NCBI GenBank assembly: GCA_022763365.1
Contig: JALEGN010000007.1
Coordinates: forward strand, 24,665-88,664
Source: Minisyncoccota bacterium
GTDB lineage: Bacteria; Patescibacteriota; Minisyncoccia; Phycocordibacterales; UBA1006
Reading direction: 5' to 3'
DNA length: 64,000 nt
Positions 57,385 to 64,000 of the stretch are shown here, piece after piece; position 1 is the stretch's first letter; each line of letters begins with the position of its first letter. The translations under genes and the position numbers were made by a program. The notes beneath the pieces were generated by a model that saw only the letters and a list, made by a program, of their open reading frames with translations, had not been told where the DNA came from and did not search any database.

Positions 57385-58277
57385 ATTTTTTCTAAGATGC
57401 GAAGTTTTGCACTTCGCGAACGTTTATTTTCTAATAATTCTTCATCGGTTGCCGTTATTGGCTTTTTGGTCAGGATTCTTGCTGATCCGTTATTTTTTTG
57501 CTCTCGATAGAATTTTTTTACAATTCTATCTTCGATGCTATGGAAAGAAATTATGACCATTCTTCCTCCTTTTGATAATTTTTCAAAAGATGATTCTAGA
57601 ATTTCTTTAAGAGCTCCCATTTCATCATTGACGGCTATTCTCAGCGCTTGAAAGGTTTGGGTTGCTGGATGAATTCGTCCGTTTTTAAATTTTCCAGGGA
57701 CTGCATTCTTAATGATATCTGCTAACTCAAGAGTACTATTAATGGGTTTAATCGCTCGAGCTTCTGTTATTGCTCTGACAATACGTCCGGTAAACCGTTC
57801 TTCACCGTAACCTTTAATGATGTCAGTCAGAGATTCCTCACTCCAATCATTAACGATATCGTAGGCAGTAAATGGAGCCTGTGAACTATCATCAGCCAAA
57901 GTCATTGTAAGTGGACCATCATGCATAAATGAGAAGCCACGTTCTGGATTTTCAAACTGATTTGAGGACCAGCCTAAATCAAGAAGAATCTTATCAATAC
58001 TATCAATACTCAGATTTTCTAAGATATCATTAAGGTTTCTGGTGTTATCATGAACCAAACGAACCCCACATGTGGCATCAGATAATCGTTTTTCTGATTC
58101 ATTAAGACCATTGATGTCTTGATCAATACCAATCAGTGTTCCTTTCTCATCAAGATTTTTACTTATCTCATAAGCATGTCCACCACCATTAATAGTTCCA
58201 TCAACGATAGTGTCACCCTCTTTGATATCAAGTCCTTCAATAACCTCATTCATTAAAACTGAAATATGAACTGACAT
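57381..58277 (-). CDS. rsmH: 16S rRNA m4C1402 methyltransferase
   Basis: HISVL, DGTINGGGH, DLGWSS, FQALRIAVNDE, SFHSIEDR, RSAKLR. Confidence 0.97.
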   Translation of the reverse strand: MSVHISVLMNEVIEGLDIKEGDTIVDGTINGGGHAYEISKNLDEKGTLIGIDQDINGLNESEKRLSDATCGVRLVHDNTRNLNDILENLSIDSIDKILLDLGWSSNQFENPERGFSFMHDGPLTMTLADDSSQAPFTAYDIVNDWSEESLTDIIKGYGEERFTGRIVRAITEARAIKPINSTLELADIIKNAVPGKFKNGRIHPATQTFQALRIAVNDEMGALKEILESSFEKLSKGGRMVIISFHSIEDRIVKKFYREQKNNGSARILTKKPITATDEELLENKRSRSAKLRILEKI

Positions 58278-58278
58278 A

Positions 58279-58713
58279 TTAAATCATTCCAATATCACCC
58301 AGTTTCTCTGCGACCAAATCGGCTTTCTTTTCAAGTTCTGATTGATAAGTATTCCAGCGCTCTTCATCCCATAGCTCAACACGCGTTCCAATACCAACGA
58401 CCATAACTTTTGTTTGTAAATGTGCTAAATCTTTCAAGAAATCTGGAATCAAAATTCTTCCTGCTGAGTCAATATCAACCTCTGCAGCTCCTCCCATAAA
58501 ATATCGAGTGAATGCCCGGGTATCACCTTGCCCCATTGATAGTTCGCCAAGTTTTTCAGAAAACTTCTTCCATTCTTTTGTTGAATAAACAAAGAGACAT
58601 GAATCAAGACCTTTGGTAATAACCACTGTCTTTCCCAGCTCCTTTCGAAATTTTGATGGTAGTGATAGTCGTTTTTTCGAATCGAGCGTATGTGTGTGTT
58701 CTCCTATTAACAT
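58279..58713 (-). CDS. mraZ: Division/cell wall cluster repressor MraZ
   Basis: LDSKKRLSLPSKFR, DSAGRILIP, VELWD; start reassigned to MLIGEH. Confidence 0.96.
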   Translation of the reverse strand: MLIGEHTHTLDSKKRLSLPSKFRKELGKTVVITKGLDSCLFVYSTKEWKKFSEKLGELSMGQGDTRAFTRYFMGGAAEVDIDSAGRILIPDFLKDLAHLQTKVMVVGIGTRVELWDEERWNTYQSELEKKADLVAEKLGDIGMI

Positions 58714-58840
58714 AAGCGTGAATAATATAAGCAACCAGATCTCGCGAATTAGATTGTTTGTACCGATGAATCGGTAGATAACAGTGAAACCAAATGGATT
58801 TATTGCTACATGAATACATTTGAGTGGTTTCACCGTTATC

Positions 58841-58878
58841 TACCACTTCATCCCACTTTAATTATATTCTATCCCACC
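58841..58878 (-). promoter_or_regulatory. mraZ promoter with GTGG repeats (MraZ boxes)
   Basis: Minus strand GTGGG-ATGAA-GTGGT (10-nt period) just downstream of TATAAT (58861-58866), plus an upstream GTGGG. Confidence 0.65.
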
Positions 58879-58917
58879 AACTTTGCAAACATGAAACCAG
58901 ATAATAATTAATCATTC

Positions 58918-58926
58918 TGTGGATAA
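58918..58926 (-). promoter_or_regulatory. Perfect DnaA box TTATCCACA
   Basis: TGTGGATAA on + strand in mraZ-miaA divergent intergenic region. Confidence 0.6.
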
Positions 58927-58994
58927 CTTTGATTAATTGAAAAAACACGACTTAATAAATCGTGAATTTTATAATGAACATGTATAGTGTGCAT

Positions 58995-59924
58995 ATGGTA
59001 TTACTAAGTAAACTTATCTCATACTTTACTCTAAAGAAAAAAGTCATTGTCATTTGTGGACCTACAGCAACAGGTAAAACCTCCCTTTCTATTATGTTAG
59101 CTAAAAAATTTAATGCTGAAGTCATTTCTGCTGATTCAAGACAAATATATAAAGGTCTTGATATTGGTACCGCTAAGGTAACCGAAGAAGAAAAAGAAGG
59201 TGTTCCTCATCACATGCTCGATATTGCAGGCCCACAAGATATTTACTCAGTTCAAGAGTATGTTCAAGAAGCAACAAAAATTATTAGACAACTTCATAAA
59301 GAAAACAAAATTCCCATTATCTGCGGTGGTTCAGGTATGTATATTGATTCATTAGTATGTGGAACTCAATTCCCTAAGGTTCCACCAAATTACGCATTAC
59401 GAAAAGAGCTAGAAAAAAAATCTACCGATGAACTATATTCTCTCCTTAAACAACAAGATCCTAGGCGGGCTAAAACTATTGACCCCGATAACCCTGTTCG
59501 TTTAGTCCGGGCTCTTGAAGTAATCAATGCAATTGGTGTGGTACCAAAAATTAAAAAACAATCAGAATATAAAACCTTATATATTGGACTTGATCTACCT
59601 AAAGAACAATTAAACGAACGTATTAAAAAACGTATTGTTGAACGTTTCGAAAATGAAGGGATGCTCCAAGAAGCAATTGATTTGCATACAAACGGTCTCA
59701 ATTATGAACGCATGGAGCAACTTGGCTTAGAATACCGGTATATGGCCAGATACTTAGAAAAGAAAATTAGTTATGATGAAATGATTGAACAACTGACTAC
59801 TAAAACTATTCAATTTGCGAAACGCCAACGAACATGGTTTAAACGAAATAAAAACATTCAATGGTTTGATCCGCAAAAAGATAGTAGCCAAATAGTTAAG
59901 TTAACGAAAAAATTTTTTAAATAA
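58995..59924 (+). CDS. miaA: tRNA dimethylallyltransferase
   Basis: GPTATGKT, SADSRQIYKGLDIGTAK, RLVRALE, FAKRQRTWF; start reassigned. Confidence 0.97.
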   Translation: MVLLSKLISYFTLKKKVIVICGPTATGKTSLSIMLAKKFNAEVISADSRQIYKGLDIGTAKVTEEEKEGVPHHMLDIAGPQDIYSVQEYVQEATKIIRQLHKENKIPIICGGSGMYIDSLVCGTQFPKVPPNYALRKELEKKSTDELYSLLKQQDPRRAKTIDPDNPVRLVRALEVINAIGVVPKIKKQSEYKTLYIGLDLPKEQLNERIKKRIVERFENEGMLQEAIDLHTNGLNYERMEQLGLEYRYMARYLEKKISYDEMIEQLTTKTIQFAKRQRTWFKRNKNIQWFDPQKDSSQIVKLTKKFFK

Positions 59925-60318
59925 AAAGAAAGCATATGCTTTCTTTATTTTTTAAGATAATTTGATTACTTTCATTTTCAATAATAAAAGAATTTTCATT
60001 CTCTTCTATTGTTAATTCTTCGATTGAGTCTGTCGTCTTGAGAATTACTTCAAAATTTCTACTGCTCACAAGGTAATTGTATTTTTCAGTATACAATTTT
60101 AAGAAATTGTCGTTACTGGTTGCTTCTGCAGAATAACTAAACAAAGAACGATTTCCTTCCTCAAGCTCAAAAGGTATAACATCACCACCTTTTTCAAGTG
60201 CCCATAACTCTACCATCCATTCTCTTTTGGTTTCACCAGTAAGAGTTAGATACACGGAGTTGATTTCTGAAGTTAGCGGTTTCTTCTCAAGTACCTCAAA
60301 TATTTCTGTAATTTTCAT
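59917..60318 (-). CDS. Hypothetical acidic protein
   Basis: 133-aa ORF convergent on miaA. Confidence 0.5.
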   Translation of the reverse strand: MKITEIFEVLEKKPLTSEINSVYLTLTGETKREWMVELWALEKGGDVIPFELEEGNRSLFSYSAEATSNDNFLKLYTEKYNYLVSSRNFEVILKTTDSIEELTIEENENSFIIENESNQIILKNKESICFLFI

Positions 60319-60398
60319 AGGTATTTATTTTATATAATTAAAACATAAATTATAATTATTTCAATAAAAATAAAACACCTATGCGGTGTTTTATTTTG

Positions 60399-60469
60399 CG
60401 GGCGATGAGGGAATCGAACCCCCAACTAAGGTTTTGGAGACCTCTATTATACCATTTAACTAATCGCCC
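60399..60469 (-). tRNA. tRNA-Trp(CCA)
   Basis: Acceptor GGGCGAT/ATCGCCC-G, anticodon arm GAGGT-CT-CCA-AA-ACCTT, T-loop TTCGATT. Confidence 0.95.
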
Positions 60470-60537
60470 AAATTGGTCAGCGTTTTGACCATAGGAAAAA
60501 GGAAGTTACCTCCCTTCTCCTTGCGTTAAGAAATATA

Positions 60538-60714
60538 CTATTTCTTTTTATGCATTTTTTTTGTTTCTACGTACTCAACGTGTTTTTTTAGTTTTTTACT
60601 AAACTTTCGAAGGGTTAATTTTGCAGCATTTGCAAATTTCTTTTTATTTCGAGAAGTAACTACGTGTTCATCTGCTTCTTTTGAGTACAGTGTAATGAGG
60701 TTATCTTGTGACAT
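60538..60714 (-). CDS. rpmG: 50S ribosomal protein L33 (Cys-free)
   Basis: MSQDNLITLYSKEADEHVVTSRNKKKFANAAKLTLRKFSKKLKKHVEYVETKKMHKKK; L33 pattern KL.L.KF....KH..Y.E.K; upstream of tRNA-Trp; not in ORF track. Confidence 0.85.
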   Translation of the reverse strand: MSQDNLITLYSKEADEHVVTSRNKKKFANAAKLTLRKFSKKLKKHVEYVETKKMHKKK

Positions 60715-60789
60715 AATAATTCTAGAATTACGACTAATGTGTCAGTAATGAGTCCAGATTACCTGAATGCATGAAAAAATCAACCGATA

Positions 60790-61191
60790 TTAGATTTCTT
60801 TACATGAATACCCTCTTGGAGGCTGGTGTGCAACCTCACACTCAACCCCAAGATAATCAACACAATAATGATTTTCATTCTTTAATTCAGCACAAACAAT
60901 TACTTGATTATTTATTGGTGCATTTGTTTTACAGTGCAATGAGGTAGTCTTATTTTTAATAAGATCAAGAACGATACCGTTTACCTCACCTGTCGTACAA
61001 AAATTAGTAAAAGTATTTTGACGTACAGATACAAATAACATTTCTGCCTGCATGCGTGATAACTCTGATTTAATATAGTTATCACTTACATCAGCAAAGG
61101 AGTTCTTCATAAACGGTAAGGCAGCAAAAGCCATAGCTGCAATACCAATAAAAACAATGAAAAAGGTTGATTGAAATAGATAATAATTCAC
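60790..61191 (-). CDS. Pilin-like protein without prepilin motif
   Basis: N-terminal TM, D..IKS.LS helix, six Cys including YCVD. Confidence 0.5.
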   Translation of the reverse strand: MNYYLFQSTFFIVFIGIAAMAFAALPFMKNSFADVSDNYIKSELSRMQAEMLFVSVRQNTFTNFCTTGEVNGIVLDLIKNKTTSLHCKTNAPINNQVIVCAELKNENHYCVDYLGVECEVAHQPPRGYSCKEI

Positions 61192-61246
61192 CTAAAAAGT
61201 ATATCAAAAAAACCCTTAATTTTCATTAAGGGTTTGTATGCATAAT

Positions 61247-61876
61247 TTAATTTTTTACGATTTCATAAGACTTATGAATTTCATTTTCCAAAATATTATT
61301 TAGATCATTTCCTAAAATAGGATCAAATCGTATTAACGCCTTGGTAAGATCAAAGAAATATTCACGAGCCTCATTTCGGTATCGCTCTTTTTTATCATCA
61401 TCCCAAACTTCATTCATTGTTCTAAGATTATGAATCCTATCAGCGACTTTTACCGCAAGTACCTGCCATATTTTGGTTTCTAGCATTGAACCAAAATATT
61501 GAGCTAATTGTTCTTCTTTAGAAGAATACGATTCCTTAGGCAATTTTGATAGCATATGAGCACCCGTTCCAATATCTTTCCCAAAAATATGAGTAAGGCG
61601 ACCTGGTACTCGCCAAATGTACGTATCCTCTGGGATATCATGAAGAAGAGCTAAACATATAGCAACATAATCAGTAACGCCAAATTCATCAATGAGAATG
61701 AGAGCTACTGAGCGCACATGTTCAAAATATCGTTCACCCCCATCACGTTCCTGATTGAGATAACCATGACCCTCTTTAGCAATATCATAAGCTAACTCCA
61801 CTAAGAATAGTTCTTGGGGTTTTAGACCAGCTAGTCTTTTAATAAACTTCTCTCGATTTTCAGTAACATTTCTCAT
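61247..61876 (-). CDS. Stand-alone HD domain (small alarmone hydrolase/Mesh1-like)
   Basis: RDGGERYFEH, LLHDIPEDT, VKVADRIHNLRTM. Confidence 0.8.
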   Translation of the reverse strand: MRNVTENREKFIKRLAGLKPQELFLVELAYDIAKEGHGYLNQERDGGERYFEHVRSVALILIDEFGVTDYVAICLALLHDIPEDTYIWRVPGRLTHIFGKDIGTGAHMLSKLPKESYSSKEEQLAQYFGSMLETKIWQVLAVKVADRIHNLRTMNEVWDDDKKERYRNEAREYFFDLTKALIRFDPILGNDLNNILENEIHKSYEIVKN

Positions 61877-62022
61877 TTTCTGAAATTTTAAAGGTTAAAC
61901 TTAATTTAATTAAAACAAATATAGAAAATAAATCAACAAACTAAAAACTATTTTAAAAAATATAAACTATGCAAATTAAAATCATATGCTATACTCTTTT
62001 CTGTTAAATTAATAACACAACT

Positions 62023-62105
62023 GCGTCGATGGCAGAGCGGTCAAATGCACGGGACTGTAAATCCTGCGACACTAGTCTACGGGGGTTCGAATCCCTCTCG
62101 GCGCA
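62023..62105 (+). tRNA. tRNA-Tyr(GTA)
   Basis: Acceptor GCGTCGA/TCGGCGC-A, anticodon arm CGGGA-CT-GTA-AA-TCCTG, long variable arm, T-loop TTCGAAT. Confidence 0.96.
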
Positions 62106-62135
62106 CAAAATAAAAAATCACCTCTTGGTGATTTT

Positions 62136-64000
62136 TTATTTACTCTTAGTTGCTTTCTTAGCTACTTTTACTTTTGAGCGAACGGCTTTCTTTTTAACGA
62201 CAATCTCTCCATTTTTATCAATATCCAAGGTTATTTTTGCACCATCCTTGATGTCTTTTTTAATCATCTGCATAGCAAGGTGATTAAGAATATCATTTTG
62301 AATAAGTCGTTTTAATGGACGTGCTCCATATTGTGGATCAAACCCTTTCTCTGCTAAATAGTTAATAAGCTTCTTCGAATAGGTTACCGAAATATCTTTT
62401 TGTGATAGACGTTTGGTTACTAACTCTAGCTGGTTAACAACAATATCTTTGATCACTTTTTCTGGAAGCGTATCAAAGATAACAATATCATCGAGCCGAT
62501 TCAAAAATTCAGGTCTAAAGAAATCTTTGAGGGATTCCATGACTTTCTTTTTCGTATCGTCATATGTTTGTACGTCAGAGTTATCAGAGAATCCAATTGA
62601 TTGCATTTTCTGGAGATGATGTGAACCAAGGTTTGAAGTCATAATGATAATCGTATTTTTGAAATCAATCTTACGACCCTTTCCATCTGTTAGGTGACCA
62701 TCATCAAGGACCTGCAGAAGGATATTAAATACATCAGGGTGTGCCTTTTCAATTTCATCAAAAAGTACTACTGAATATGGTCGGTGACGTACTGCCTCGG
62801 TAAATTTACCAGCTTCATCATGACCAACATATCCTGGAGGTGAACCAATCAATTTTGACACCGAGTGTTTCTCCATGAATTCAGACATATCAACCCGGAT
62901 TAATGCCTTTTCATCGTCAAACATAAATTCGGTTAAAGCCTTAGTGAGTTCTGTTTTTCCTACTCCTGTTGGGCCAAGAAAGATAAATGAACCAATTGGT
63001 CTATTCGGGTCTCCAATACCAACACGTGAACGTCTGATGGCATGAGAAATTTTCTCAATAGCTTCATCTTGACCTTTCACGCGGTTTTGAAGGTCTTCTT
63101 CCATACGCGCTAATTTATCAGTCTCTTCTTCAATCATTCGCTGTACCGGAACCCCTGTCCAGCGTGCAACGACATGAGCAACGTCCTCTTCATTCACCTC
63201 TTCACGCAAGATACGAGATTTCTTTTGTAACCGAGCAAGTTTCTTAGATTCTTTCTCCAAACGTTTTTCAGTAACAGGAATAATTCCATAAATAATTTCA
63301 GCTACTTTTCCTAAGTCACCTTCCATTTCTGCATTTTCTGCATCCTTGGCATATTTTTCAAGTTGCTCTTTTAGTTCTGCAATAGTGGCCAAAATAGTTT
63401 TTTCATTTTTCCATTTGAGTTCTAGCTCTCTAGTGCTTTCCCTCAAATTTGCAATTTCGGCATCAATATTTTTATTTCGTTCTATTGCTTGTTTTTGTTT
63501 TGCATCTACATCTTTAGATAAAGATTCTTTTTCAATCTCAAGGCGCATGATTTTTCGATGTGCTTCCTCAAGTGCCGCAGGTTTATTTTCCAAAGAAATT
63601 TTTAACGCTGAAGCTGCCTCGTCAACAAGGTCAACCGCCTTATCAGGAAGATATCGATTCGTAATATATCGTGATGATAGTGTTACTGCAGCAACAATAG
63701 CATCATCAGTAATCTGTACTCCATGATAAAGTTCGTATTTAGATTTTAAACCTCGAAGAATTGCCGTTGCATCCTCAATCGAAGGTTCATTAACCGTAAT
63801 TGGTTGAAAACGTCTTACTAAGGCTGCATCTTTTTCAAAATGTTTTTGATACTCTGCCAGCGTAGTTGCACCAATAGCTCTAAATTCTCCACGAGCAAGA
63901 GCTGGTTTTAACATATTCGCAGCGTCCATTGATCCCTCTGAAGCTCCTGCACCAATCATGGTATGTATTTCGTCAATAAACAGAATAACCTGCCCTTCTG
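62136..64000 (-). CDS. clpB: ClpB chaperone (partial, 5' end outside window)
   Basis: [13 protein letters not shown], long middle coiled coil, [25 protein letters not shown]. Confidence 0.93.
   Translation of the reverse strand, partial: EGQVILFIDEIHTMIGAGASEGSMDAANMLKPALARGEFRAIGATTLAEYQKHFEKDAALVRRFQPITVNEPSIEDATAILRGLKSKYELYHGVQITDDAIVAAVTLSSRYITNRYLPDKAVDLVDEAASALKISLENKPAALEEAHRKIMRLEIEKESLSKDVDAKQKQAIERNKNIDAEIANLRESTRELELKWKNEKTILATIAELKEQLEKYAKDAENAEMEGDLGKVAEIIYGIIPVTEKRLEKESKKLARLQKKSRILREEVNEEDVAHVVARWTGVPVQRMIEEETDKLARMEEDLQNRVKGQDEAIEKISHAIRRSRVGIGDPNRPIGSFIFLGPTGVGKTELTKALTEFMFDDEKALIRVDMSEFMEKHSVSKLIGSPPGYVGHDEAGKFTEAVRHRPYSVVLFDEIEKAHPDVFNILLQVLDDGHLTDGKGRKIDFKNTIIIMTSNLGSHHLQKMQSIGFSDNSDVQTYDDTKKKVMESLKDFFRPEFLNRLDDIVIFDTLPEKVIKDIVVNQLELVTKRLSQKDISVTYSKKLINYLAEKGFDPQYGARPLKRLIQNDILNHLAMQMIKKDIKDGAKITLDIDKNGEIVVKKKAVRSKVKVAKKATKSK

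Noticed and set aside
58900-58960. Replication origin
   Set aside because: Only one DnaA box and no dnaA/dnaN context
1-64000. CRISPR array, transposase, integron or stop-codon recoding
   Set aside because: No regularly spaced direct repeats or mobile-element ORFs seen by eye; core genes are uninterrupted under the standard code, with RF2 and tRNA-Trp(CCA) present

Overview
AT-rich bacterial chromosome segment, standard genetic code (both RF1 and RF2 present). Gene content and streamlined protein forms (short PheS/PheT/RF1/RF2, pilins, no Shine-Dalgarno motifs, tRNAs without encoded CCA) point to Patescibacteria/CPR, probably Parcubacteria; this placement is inference. Most of the window is housekeeping: atpB/E/F, prfA, prfB, rpmE, rplY, rpmG, pheST, gatB, obgE, leuS, lysS, pyrG, RSH, parB, greA, two PBPs, ftsEX, mraZ-rsmH, miaA, clpB, an RND pump under a CsoR-family repressor, and five intact tRNAs, interspersed with solitary ORFans. 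I saw no CRISPR array, integrase, transposase or prophage. The most unusual object is at 28357-28681: an intact tRNA-Leu(CAA) nested inside a second, expanded tRNA-Leu whose parts are all present in order but separated by mutually base-pairing insertions, downstream of a good sigma70-type promoter. Other notable items: pervasive leaderless-type promoters, a NUDIX domain inside LeuRS, ParB with a long tail ending in a MinD-like membrane-targeting sequence, a CsoR-family repressor lacking the canonical ligands but keeping a canonical operator, a structured mraZ leader next to a DnaA box, a candidate pyrG attenuator, an in-frame palindromic insertion in a methyltransferase, and several small ORFs and a pseudogene missed by the ORF track.
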